From Caecitellus pseudoparvulus (lineage: Eukaryota; Protista; Bigyra: Bicosoecida): 64,000 bases of DNA. Positions 34,801 to 47,700 of the stretch are shown in pieces. The notes under the pieces are model-generated. The model did no database searches and was not told where the DNA came from. It worked only from the letters and a program-made list of their open reading frames with translations. The stretch is taken from NCBI GenBank assembly GCA_965644315.1, contig CBFFRQ010000068.1:124001-188000 (forward strand), written 5' to 3'. Position 1 is the stretch's first letter; each line of letters begins with the position of its first letter. Both the position numbers and the translations under genes were made by a program.

Positions 34801-35276
34801 CCTGCGGCAGAACTTCAAACACGAATCCCTGTGCAGAGGGGGGGCATGGTAGGGGATGAAAATGGGCACGCCTGCTCTGGAGCGTATTTCAGTGTTTGGC
34901 GTGGTGGCCGACGCACCATGTGGGCAAACTGCAGCCACTCCGCGTCTGGATTCGCCAAGAGGGCGGGGCCCAACAGCTCACTGATGTGGCTCAACATGAG
35001 CTTTCCAGCTAAGCCTTGAAGGATGAGCAGCTTTGCTACCGTGGGGGCTTTCTTCTCGCTCTGGGGGACGCCAAGCAGCATCGGCTGGTGCAGGCAGAAG
35101 AGGCCTTGCTTCGCCACGATCTTGCTCTGCAGATCAGCTGTGCGCACTGCCCATGGCAGCTGGGCCTCAGCAACGCGGCTGTGCATCTTTGAAGAGCGAA
35201 CTTTCTGCACTGCGTCTTGGAACGGCGAAGGCACGGTGGAGCTCCCCGCTCTGCCGGCTCCAGTGGAGGATGCCAT
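19835..35276 (-). CDS. Giant protein (about 5,117 aa) with a degenerate N-terminal CLU (Clueless/CLUH-like) region and TPR-like helical repeats; exons 35276-34917 and 34828-19835
   Basis: A phase-0 GT..AG intron at 34916-34829 joins the 153-aa and 4,995-aa ORFs. CLU-like motifs occur in the expected order: IPFRVFEWNGMPVLAYPQL, GADGLLWGWAPAFAWPLDP, LMQSLKRFGLDELHLPLV...LDMVCQVIR, FFNMLFG, WWLAALPALIRQLYG. A TPR-like segment follows (EDWGSPIVATALLKISQ...SAFGSHSLQLLPALAHAA). Confidence 0.7.
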
Positions 35277-35773
35277 GGCGTGCGGAAAACGGAGGGTTCA
35301 ATTGCCAGGGCGCAGACTAAACGTGTGAAGGCTACCTGAGGTGGAACCTACACTGAAGAGGGCTTGCGTGTGCGAAGTCTCTTTCCTCAATGTGCACCGA
35401 GGGGAATGTTTTGGTTTCAGAAGTCAGGTGTGCGCAGGGGACGCAGGGCAACTTGCTCTCACACTGCTGACACAAGTACCTAAAACTGAAATCGCTGGGC
35501 AATGCCCCACAGCTTGACGCCAGGTTCCACAGCGGCCCTTGAAGCCGCACGCTTGTTGCTCAGCACAAGCCGATCTTTCGGTGCGCCAAGGCTGAAACGT
35601 CGGTGCACGGGCACGAAGGCGTCGGCAAGGCCAACACGCTTGCATTGCACCAGCTGCTGCAGGGTCACGCTTTTCCACGATTTGCACGCAAGCAGTAGCT
35701 GCTCAGCGCTCAGGCCTAAGTCGGTCTCTCTGGAGGTGCGGAGAGTTCGTGGTGTAGAAGGCTGCGTTTCAAC

Positions 35774-38700
35774 ATGTTTGGAGGACCTGAGATGCGAGGC
35801 ACAGCGCGCAGCGAGTGCCCAGGAAAACTGATAGGCAGAAAGCCACCCCTTTCGGTTTCAGCGTATTTCGTCCTGTACTGGCTTGTGCTTATACTCTCAC
35901 AAGCTCAAGGATTACTGCTCGAAGTGCCTGTACATGTTTCTGCACCATGTCACGGCGAAACGCTGCACCTGCAAGGTATGACCTGCGCTGGAGGTTCTCC
36001 TGCGCCACATTGATGCTTAAACTGTCGTGCCCACAGGAATTGAACTGCATTGGCGTTTCTCCGAGTCAAGTGTGCGCCTCAACATTTCCTTAACTGCAGT
36101 CCATGGGCTGGTGTCTGTTCGTGGGGGTGGCGCACTCGTACTGCCGCAGCCATGGCAGCCAAGCCGCCAGGTCAGCATTGTCGCTGATGCACAAGAAGTA
36201 GCGCAGGCGCTTGACTACGTCTGGTGGACCAGTCTTCCAGAGTTCTGTAGAGCTGGCGGGCGGCTCCAGATTCTCATGCAGGGTCTGCATTCTCAGGAGG
36301 TGCAGGCTCGGCGGCTTGTGTCACTTGAACCAGCACCTATCCCAGCACAGCTGCGAGGACCAGCGACGCTGCGGACAAAGGAGGACATGGCACTGCCCTT
36401 GTCAATGCTGGAGCTTGCCAGTACTTCACCAGGGCGCCAGTATCATTTGGTCATGCGGGCTCGTTTCGGCTTGCTTCGCTCGCACACCGAGGAGGCAGCA
36501 TCACTTGAATTGAAAGGGACAGGCGATGAGCTCCGGCTGCACCTCGACTCGTTAGAGTACGTGCCCCTTCGAAATTGGAACTCGGAGCGACATGGGCTTG
36601 ATGAAATAAATGGGTCGGTTTGGGAGGGCAGTTGGGACTTCAGTGTCAGTTATAGCTTCCACGTTTTCGTTGAGCCTGTGCAAGACGCGGCTGAGATCCT
36701 CGGCTCCTTCCCTGACACCTTCCCCGCGAACCAAGCCTTGCAACTAAGCTTACTCCACATTGCGTCTGCTGATAGCACTCACCTCCAGCTGAAGCTGATG
36801 CTGGAGGCGCGCAATTCGACACTCATGTGTGCACCTTCTGTTCCATCTGGGCTGCAGGTGTCGTCGGCACCAAGCGAACTGGACCCATCGCGAAGCACTT
36901 TGCGAGCTGAAGCGGCGGGGCGGTTTCAAACTGTACACGTCGCTGGACCTTTCCTTGCCCTCAATGCTTTCCTGGACTCATGCACGCTCTCTGCGGATTC
37001 GGAGTCGCCGCAGATGGCAGCGTTGGAGATGTGGGTTCTCCCTGCGAATGGCACGGGCGAGGGGCCAAACGGTTCGAGCACTCAAGCAGACTCAAGGCGG
37101 ACATTCACGGTGCTTTTCACTCCTGTTCGACACCCCCCAACAGTTCAACTGATGCGATTGGTGCCCATGTCTGATAGTCCCGAAGAGAAGCAGGTGGTGC
37201 TTACCTTCTCAGCGAGAGTGGATGACGAGGACTGTGCGATGGGTGCGGGGGACTTATCCAAGGGCGAACCACTTGAGTGGGTAACCCTCTTTCTGGAGGC
37301 ACGCTACGGTACGTTCTCAAGCAAGACTAGGGGTCACTGGGTCTCCCAGCAGCAAGTGCCAGGGAAGCTACAGCTCCATGGTCCACTGCCATCGCTCAAC
37401 TTAGTGGCCAGCGAAATTGTGTACATTGCAGAAAAGAAGACTGGTGCATTCGACACAATTACGGCAACAGCGTTCCAAAGTAGCGAGTACCAAGTATTGG
37501 GGCATAGTGGCAAGGCCACTGCGTCACTTTCAGTGAGCCTGGGCTTGCTTCCGGCAGGCATTAATCTGAGCATGGCCTCCTCGACTGCCCTGGAAGTGAA
37601 TGAGGACGATATGTTGCGGCTTCCTTTAAGCGTAGAAACCACAGTCAGTGGCACAGTTCAAGTGGGCGTTGTCTTGAATAATTGCTCAGTCCTGGTGGCG
37701 GCGGTGCCGTCTGCACAGCTTCGCACACCTGCGAGTCAAGCCAGTCCACAGGCACTGGCTGGAGTTGGAAACTACACTATGCTAGGGGACGGCATACCCA
37801 TACACATGGAGGTCTCGGACCTACACATGGCTTTTGCTGAAACTTGGCTTGTGTGCCCTCCCAACTGGTACGGTGTGGTGAACATGAAGTTTCACATTGA
37901 TCATGTTGAGCACGGGTCCACAGAGCTGGTCTCGAGCGTGACGGTTCACCCTGTCAGGGATGACCCCCAAGTATTTCTGTCTGTGACTCCCCGTAGCCAA
38001 GAGGAGCTGTCAGAAGCGGATGCTTCTCTGAAAATTCTGTTCGACAGCTCATTTGACCCTGCAAGTGAGGGCAGGGTGCTCGTGTCACTGCATGCTGTGC
38101 ACTTCAAGCTGTGCATCCGCCTTCCCCATGATGCTCAAGTGCACACTGTGCTCACTACCATGCAGTCTGATGATGGGACCCGTTGGTGTGCAAGCCCTGA
38201 GCCTGGTCTTTCTCTGACAGTGCCGCGAGCCTGGTTCGCAACGAATGAGCTTCAGGTCAGAGCAGTGCCCGTAGGAGCCCAGGCTGGCACACAGAGGCTC
38301 CTCGTAAGTGTCGTTGAATTGGGACAGTACGGAAGTGGGGAGCAGAAGACAGTGTATGCATCTGCTCAGCTTCCGGCGAGCTCTAAACAGCTCCAGCTCA
38401 AAGTCGCATGGATGCCGACCCCACAAGGCGGCCCTCTTTGGCTCCCGGTTGACCAGCCTTCTCCGCTCCCCAAGCTGTCATGGTCTTTGCCCCCAGGAGC
38501 CGATCCATGGACACTTGTCATGAACGGAACCGTGTTGTTAGATGTACTGAATGCTTCCACGTCCGCACGTTTTGGGGACGGGGTGTCTGCGGCCATGGTG
38601 ACACACAGCAGCCCCACAAGCGTTTCCTTCGAAGGCCACCTCCCAACCGTTGACGAATGGCTGAGGTCTTTGTCAATTCTGGCATCCGGTCTTGCTCCAA

Positions 38701-41700
38701 CAATATGCGGCGCAGGGAAAGCACCCCCCACCATGGGTTCGCTCCGTGTTGTTGCCGATGCCCGCAGGCCACCAAGTTCAGGGCACTTTGGCCGCGTCAA
38801 TGCCTCCATTGCATTGGTGCTTTGCAGGCACCTCGATCCGCCCAACTTTGTCCTTTCTCAACCGCACATTGCCCTGCAGGCGCGAGAGGGAAGGTCTTTG
38901 CCCCTTCCAAGCCTTGAAGTTGTCGGCGACGTGGACCAGCAGGCCAGTGCCAGCGTCTCCACCGTGTCTACATGTGATACCGTTAGACTCCCAGCCCTGG
39001 CCAGCGACCTAGCAAGGATTTCCAGTCAAAGCAGCATGAGAACGTCCTTTGAGTGTGCTTGGGGGACGCTGCCTTCAGTCTTCACCGGGTGGCACTTCTT
39101 GCCGACACAACATGGCCGCGCATCAGCCGCTCGCAACTGCACCATATCAGTGAGAGCTGTCGTTCCAAGCACCAGCACAATGCCACAGACAGCGAGCCTG
39201 CTCATCAATGTTATTGTGAGTCCAAGCCCTCGCATCCTGCAGGTGCATCTTGCTCATGCCCCGGGCCAAGGCGAGCGCGCCGTTCCCAGCGCGACCGGAA
39301 CCACTCGAGTGTTGCCTCAAGTTGAAGGGGCCTTTGGAGATGTTATTTCGCTTTCTTTTAATGCCTCCGAGCCTTGTTCAATTGCCGTTCGGAGCTCAGG
39401 GGAGTTCCAAAGGCACATCACTTTTTCCGGCATGCAAGACGAGGTTCTGAACGTCCTCGCAGAGGGACTAGCGATAAGATCTCCCCAGGCATGCATCTTG
39501 CAGATGCATGTTCAGGATGGCAGCAGGAATGCCTCCACTTCCCTCATGCTTGAGCCTTTTCAGGAGCGCAAGCCAACGTTTGGCTTTGAATGCCAGCACT
39601 GCATGCACAGGCGCGAGTTTGTCCCGTCCGGCACCCCCGAGTTTCGGTTGGCCGATGCCCTGCCTGAAATCAGTGGAGGCACCGGTATTGCAGCCACTTT
39701 ACTTGTGCTCGCAGAGGATGAGCATTCAGTGGATGTAGTGGCTGCAGATGCCACCGTCAGAGTGAGGCAGGAGACTTGGTCAGGGAAGCGCTACATCTGC
39801 GTGGGCGGGTATCCCAGTGACATTCAATTGCTTCTTTCAAGCATTGTGCTCAAGTCACCGGTCGTTGCAAGCGGCGTTGCCGGGCTCGTGGCTTCACGAT
39901 CACGTGTGGAAGGTAGGGTCAGGCCGACTACAGCGTCAAAGTGGACGGAGACATGCGATGCGCTCCAGAAGGACAGCAGCCAAGAGAAAACCCGTACAAG
40001 GTTTTCCACAGCACTGTATTGGCCCCCCAGGTTGGTGCTGCCAAAAGTTTACACGCACTGCACGCAGTCGCAGCCCATCCCAGTCAGGTACTCAGAGCGT
40101 GTTCCACTCTCCAGCTGTTTTTCGTTTGAAACATTTACAGTTGCACCGTCAGCCTCCCAAGTTCGCATTCAGCTGATAGTTGACTCCGCGGTGGGTCTTC
40201 AAGTCGATGCATCCGCTTCGGCGAAAGTAGCTGGCATCTTGGGGGTTGTTGGCTTAGCCCCCATAGATCAGATCCGCACACTGGGATCGAACAGCTGGAT
40301 GATGCTGGCCAACAACACCTCCTCCGGACATGTGCGCTTTCGAGTTTGCCTGTCAGCTGCTGTTGATGGCTTGCCGCTCGCACACTGCAGCCGCCAGCTG
40401 GAGATGCACGCTGCGGCTGAGCAGATTGCTCCAAACAGCTCCATTGCGCTTGTCCCACCGATTCTTGTCATGGATGAGGATGGTAGCGGACTGGTGTGTG
40501 CAACTAGCGATCAAAATACTGTGCGTTTGGTGCAAGGGCCTACCCAAGTGGACGCAGTTGTTGTTCGACCCGCAAGCGACTGCCGCGGAAGTGATGCGCT
40601 ACCGCTGGAACATGGTTGTGCTTGCATTGTCCCGGAACCCAATGCCTTCGGAGCAGCACCGATCAATATTAGCTATACTTCGAAGGGGAAAAGGAGTTCT
40701 GCTGTTGTTCGTGTAATCGTTAGGCCACTCGCCGACCGACCGAGAATGGAGTGGGGCTGCGAGAGCCTATCTGCCACGGCGGGTCAGCATTCGCGGCTGT
40801 GTGATCTGCAAGTAAACGATCCAGATTCGATTGCCCACTTTGGTGACGCCCCGTTCGCTCCTTCGTTGTTCTCGCTATCTTTGATGAGTTCAGGAAAAGA
40901 GGGGCGCTTTCATGTGCGCGCACGTGTGGCTGCACTGTTGGACCTAGGTGAAGCGGCTGGCTCTGTCACACTGCACGGAACTGCGCAGGAAATCTCAGCG
41001 AGCGTAGGTTTCCTTGAATTCGAGGCCTACGGATGGGCCTGTGGCCAGAAACCCACCCAGCCTGAGCTCTCTGCCATGCTCTCTGGAGACGGTGGGCAGG
41101 TGGAGCTTTCGTCCACTCTGCCGATCGTGCTGCACGGCACATGCACGCTGCAAGAATTCGCAGTCATATTGCACCCCGATGTAAATCAATCTGAAGAAGA
41201 ACCATGGCCTCTATCAGAGATGGTCGGCCTTGTTGGGCCGCCGGGCACGAACTCTCGTCAACGGGTGCATGTGCATGTTTCCTGCGCATCCTGCCTGCGT
41301 TGGACACTTGGGCGTGTTCAATCCGGGCCATGCGTGTGGTACCAGCTGGGTCAATCTGAAGTGAGCTTTTCTTGCGACTGGCATGCCGTCTACGGAGCCC
41401 TGGCGCAGTTTCGGGTGTCGCGAAGCCCGGCGTCCAGCAGCCTGGCCACAGCAGAGGACCTCCTTGTGCACTTTTCCGCTGAGAACTATGCAAACAAGAG
41501 CATTGCTTTGAGAATCCCCCATAGCGAAGCGGCTATCCCTTCCATCAGTTTGCATCCATCTGAGGCACCTGGAGTTGTCGAAATTGCCCTGCACTGGCCA
41601 GCGACGCTGCGATCTTCTCCTTGGCAGTTGGAAGTTGTAGCAGGACTTGGCCCTCCCTGTGAATCAGGCACAGCGCACATACACACGAACGTAAGCAGGC

Positions 41701-44700
41701 GGTATGCAGGCATTTATCGACCTGCTCAACATCCTCGTGGTAATGTCTCACTCGCACTGAAAGGTACAGATGCAGTGTCAGACTGGTCGAAGAATCACAG
41801 CTTTTACATCTCCTCACACAGCCCTTGTGGATGTGAAGCATGGCTCTCGGCAACCTTGGTCGCAAGCCATGGCGAAGGTCACGGGCAAGTTGTCTTTCGT
41901 CCTGATTGCACCCTGTCCCAAGGCGCTTGGGAAGTCAGTGTCAGGAATACTACCTGCGACAAATTGGGCAGCGGTTGTCAGGAAGTGCAGGGGGCACCTC
42001 ACTTGCTCTGCGTCGGAGATGCTATACAACCTGGATGCATACTTCGTCACTCAACATGGGAATTTGCAGATCAAGACATCTTCTCTCTGTCTGCATCAGC
42101 AGGTTGCTGGGCTCAGACGGAACAAGGCGCCTTCTCTGAACCGAACGCCCCTCGTGGACATACCTGCACACGTATCATTCATCTACCGTTTGGCGGAAAC
42201 GACGTCCAATCAAGCCTCAAGTCACTTACCCTGATACCTTCACTTGACGTCGGTTTGAAGCAGCACACCCCAATCGTTATGGAACTTGCAAGCTCGAAAG
42301 GTGTGGTAGCCTCTGCTACCTTGCAGTTGTCCAAGCAGCAAGCTCTTCCAACTCTGGCGTGGCTCGCTGCAGACGGTGCCGCATTTGAGCGAATGCCACA
42401 TATGCAGAAAGTCAAGCAAGAAGTTAATGCGCCAGCTGCAGTGCAGACGAGCCCACCTGCCCACCTTGTGAACTTGGGGCAAGCCACTTGGGAGGCACCT
42501 GGAGAGACTATCCTCAGCGACTTTGTAGACATACAGAGAGGCCCGGACGTGAGTTTGGAGGAGATGTACAAGCTCTCCATTTCATCGTCTGCCGTGGTAT
42601 CTTCCCACCCATCTCAAGCAGTTCCTCAGCACCACATGGAAATCTCAGGCACAGTGGCCCAACTCACCCAAAGCATGTCCACCATCAGGCTGGCTGTCGG
42701 GTCACAGCCGGGCAGCGGACAGCCGCAGGGCGGCACTGTGCACCTGAACATTTCAAGCATGGGCAAGCAGGGAAACTTGGCGACCAAACGCTATGCCTTT
42801 TCTGTCGTGTTCCGCCATTCCCAAAGTGCAGCAGCTGATGTGCAGTTTCTGCACAGCAGTCAGACTTCGCATGCGAGAGGCAAGGCTCTGAGCGAAGTGC
42901 TCAGGATCAACCCTGCATCAGAGAGAGAAAAAGCTAGAGTTATTTCCGTTTTGGTCGCCTCCACAGGCGGTCACCTCCGTATACGGGGCGACGTCTCAGG
43001 TGTTGCTCGAACTGAGTACATAGGCGACACGAGCAGGGTGCTGTTGCAGGGCTCACAGCCATTAGTTCTATCTTCACTGGAACGCATAGTTATCGAAGCC
43101 AATGATCCAAGGGCTTCACTGGTGCCTGTTCAGCTGCTTGCGGCCCTTTGCTCGGACTGCCGTGCATCGGACGCAGACGTCCAGCTTCCGCTCTCCAAAC
43201 TCGAGAGCAAGCTCCAAAGAGCAAAGTTAAGCAACTGGATCGTGCGAGAGACCGTGGTTATTGTGCATTCATCCTCAATCGCTGTAACCCAGGTCGCAAC
43301 TGCTGCGCCTAATGCCTCCACTGCCGCAGCACAGGTGTGCAGGGGCGTCTGGTCTCGATTGCCTCCCAATCTTTTTTCCCTTCGCAAACAACCACAAGGG
43401 CCCCCAGAAACATGGGTATTTCAAGTCAATGTCAGTGACGGCTTCATTGAACGAGACCCCTCCGTACTCTCCAATTCCTTCGACGAGCAGTCCAGCCCAT
43501 CGAGCCTCCTGTTGGTGTTGAGTGGAGCTCAAGTTGAGCATGCGCTGGCAAGCCTCCGCCTCCTCGTGCAAAGTGAAGAAGTTACGGTATATTTGCAAGT
43601 GGGGAAGGTCGAACATCCGCAGAGTATCGCGCAAGGCAAGCCAGCAGGTGTGCATGCTTTCTCTGGACTGCCTGCGGCAGCAAGCATTGCCACGACGGCT
43701 TGCAACCACCTGTCACCAACTCTATTGTGGCGTGATCCGCCTTCGACGCCCGAGGGAACAGTAGTCCATGCCCCGTTGCAGCTGATTCATGAGCCACATG
43801 CCACTGAAGGTTTCGTGAACGTTACCGTGCATACTGCAGGTGGTGCGCTGTCCGTGCGCGATGCGGGTCAACGCGTTGGCAGCAGTGGCAATGGCACTGG
43901 AGCTCTGCAACTATCCGGGTCGACGGGGGACGTCGCATCGGCGCTCAAATCGCTGCATTTTATGCCTCTCCCAAGTTTGAGCGGCCCCATTCTTGTTCTC
44001 GCGAAGGCACAAGGGGTGGATTCGCCAGTTGCGAGCACGCTCGTTCACGTTCGACCACTAAACAGCGCTCCTCGCTGGTGGATTCCGGAAAAAGTTATCC
44101 AGAGTGCTGAAAGTTGGATGGGAGTTCTTCATGCTGACGAAGAATTCGCAGTACCTCGAGAGGAACTTGGTATTCCAAGTGGGTTGAGCAAATCCGGGCT
44201 GTCGGACGCGCATCCACCTTCACCAAGCTTTGTGTCTTTGCAAGTCCCTCCATCACAAGGTTTTGTGGCGATTCGAGGCCTGCGCTTGTCGGATGTTGAT
44301 TGCATTGAATCTGATGATTGCATGATTCAGATCGCAATGCGTACGTCACATGGCAGGCTGTGCATTGCAGGACAATGGGAAAAAGGTCTGGCAAAGAATG
44401 TGCGCGGAGAGGCCGAATTGGTTCACAACTTGAACGTCACCCAAACGGTGAGTGGCCATGGAAACGTCCACGAAGAGCGTGATCTATGCGGTGAAGGCAT
44501 CAGCTTCTCCGCTGGTTTGCGCACAATTTCCACATTGCTGTCGAGCAGCTCAGATGAGCTCTGTGTCGATTGTGGGTTGACCCTGCATCCGACGCTCTCT
44601 GCACCAGCTGAAGTACGAGTGACAATCAAAGCGACAGACGCAACTTTTCCCCCCATCTCTGCAGCTGTCACTTCTATCCTTGTGCAAGTTCAGCCTGTGC

Positions 44701-47700
44701 AGCCTTCCGTAAAGGTAGTCACTCACCCTCTCGGCATGCACGACCTGCGAGACGCGGCCTTTTCTAGTCAGAGCAACTATATTCTTCTAGACGACGCTTC
44801 AGCTGGTGGCGGAATACCCCTGCCTAGCCTTCAGCTCCTCCACGAAAAACTTGCCGTGCCTAGAGTACTTGTCTTTGTGGCGTGTGGAGGGTGTTCTGCT
44901 CTGAACCTGGCTGGGGACCTTCCCAGCCATTGGATCAGGTCAACGAAAGCAGTCGCTGCATTGACGACTCTGGGAGACGCACAGCGCACCCTCAGCCAGA
45001 GAGTACCCTTGCACTACTCAGGCATAGTGTCAAGACCGATGTCAGTGTTCGTGGTGGGCGCTCTGCGCTGCCAACTCCCGGGAGAATCTGGCCTGTGCAG
45101 TGGCAGCGAGCAGGTCCTGCAGGATGCAGCAGACTCAGCGGAAGCCTTCGCAGCGAACAAACTGGAGATGCTTGAGCGGGTGGGGGACCAAGAAAACACG
45201 GAAAAGTATGTCTTCCTCGCAGATGCAGAGTGGTCGCTTGCATCCACTTGGGTGCACCGTTCGGCTTCTCGGAACGAACCCGTTGGCCTGCGCTGCAGAG
45301 GCCACGAACGAGTGCTTTCAAATGAGAGCGTCAGCATCAACTGCGAGCTGATAAACGCTGCTTATCAGCATGGAAAACAGCTGAACAGGCTGAAATTGGT
45401 TGTCAGAGCAGCTCAGGCAGGCATTGCGCTGAATCCTGAGGTTCCGACGCATCGGTGCTTTGGGACAGGTTTGTTTGGACAGGGGCTGGCTGCGATACCC
45501 CACATGGGCACCATTCAAATAAACCAGGGGGATTGGTTTAGAGGTCGAAGTTCCCAGCTCTTCAGCTCTGTTTCTTGCACTGGCTCAGCTGCGGAGCTTT
45601 CCAGGTTGCTTGACATTGGGGATGCTCTCTTGATTGTGCCGGTGGAAGCAGACACCAAACTGGACCTTGTCCTATCGTTGAAGGACTACACGGAAGGTGT
45701 TTTGGATGTTGTGAAACTAGCATCAAGAGTTGAACTCGTTCCGAGGCTGTTTGCATCGAAAGTCGTCCACGACGTCATGGCCATCAACGACTCCTGTGTT
45801 GCCTTCCCCATCAAACTTGACGGTGTAGGACTCGGTGAGCTCGAAGTTCACACCTCACTGGTAGCTGACGGTGGAATGTTTCAGTTTGTGTCATCTGATC
45901 ATGAAGTCGGACTTGATCGTTGCAAAATCGAGGGAGCATTTGACAGGTTGGAGCTCTCTGCTCCGGCTCCGCAGGTCCGAGCATGCCTCGCCGCGGTTCA
46001 GCTCTTGAACAGTTGCCCCCACACCGTCAGCCTTCAGCTTTCATTACGATCTGCAAGCTCGGCATGGAACGGCACGTTCAGGCATACGTTCACGCCAACT
46101 CTTGAGAGACTGGTTTTCGGCGTGGCCGGCAAGGCAGCAGAGGCAGTCGAAGTCTTCCTCAAGCCATCGCTCCTAGCTGGGCCGAGCTTAAGACCTTTCG
46201 AAAACACGACCATAGACCTTCGTCCTCTTTGCTCAGCCACCCACCCAGACGCACTAGCGGAGCTCTCAGTGGCTGTGTCTGCTGGGACCCTAGTGGTAAG
46301 CAGTCAGACTGGCGCTGGGCTTGTCCAACACTCGCCAAAGCCAAGCCAACTCCCATTTGCCGTGGGTCCAACAAGCCCTCCTCTGCATCTTATCGGCAAC
46401 CTCCACCAGCTTGTGTTGGCTCTTTCTACGGCAGAGCTGCACCTTGAAGCGCAGCCAGGTGTGGTGGAGTTGCAGCTTGTGGCGTGGTTGCAAGGCAGCC
46501 CAGCCAACGCAACACTGACAGCGCGATTGCCCGTGGAAGTGGCGTCGAGACCTCCGACACTCCGGATTTCATCTTGTCGAACTCAGCCTACCGAAGCTCT
46601 TGCAGTTATTGCTGAAAATGGCAGGAAAGTGAGATTCGGAACATGTGCGCGCTTCCACCGCACAGCGACTGGCCACTTCAGCACTGACATCGGCTTGATA
46701 TTGCCTGAGACTTTGAGCGAAGCGGTGGGAGAGCTTGATATTTACACGACTAGTTGCTTCCTTGTCGGTGGAGACTGCAGTCTTGCACAGTTTCGCATGG
46801 CCCAGCCTGTACATGCGCTGGTGGACGTCGAAGGCGGACCTGAACTGCGCTTACGAGGCTCGTCCAAGCAAGTGAAGGACGCACTGGAGAGCGCAGTATG
46901 GACACCTCCCCCATGGAGTACTGGAAAGGTGACTATGCAAGCGCAGTGGTCTCTGGCACCTGGTTCAGTCGTGGACATCGAGGTACGCGTGCTGCCGCAG
47001 TGCCGCAAGTTGAGCGCAGCTTGGGGCCCGTCCTCGGCTCATGCCGAGTCTTCAAACGTAGGCGGCGAGTTGGTGAACCTGCCCAAACTTTTCCTTTCTT
47101 TCGAAGGCAGCTCCTCGATGCAGAACTTTCTCGTGGTGGTGGAGGTTGCAGCAGGTGCTTTGCAGTTTCGACATCAGCCTGGCGCTGTGTTGCTTCCCAG
47201 CCAGAGCAAACGCTTCAGCGGACACAGCATCAGTACCACTGGATCTGACGAGCTGTATTCCCTGATGTCCATCAGGGTCCAATCCGAGAGCCCAAACGCT
47301 ACGGTCCAAGGCATCCACTTCCTGCCCCTCAGTGCGATAGGCCCGCAGCGGGTCAACGTGTCTGCCCGCCTGGACCCAGAATTGGAGACATGCAGCGACA
47401 GGGGCCAAGAAATCGTGAAACTCTCAAGACTGGTTGAAATTCCAAAAGCGGATCGGCACTTCGCAGCCTTGCGCGTCATATCTGGCGCAAGCGCAGGTCA
47501 AGGTCAATCTGTGAGCCTCGGATCAGCAGTCCAGCTCACTTGCGCTGGGCCTTGCGACATGCATAAGGAGCTAGAGATCCTGCTGCTAGTTTCGCACTTA
47601 GAGCTGCGGCTCGATACATCATCTTCGCTTGGGATCCTACTAGAGCTGCTACCCATTGGCACAGCACCCCAGTCGCTTTCAGAATACCTTAGCGACGACC

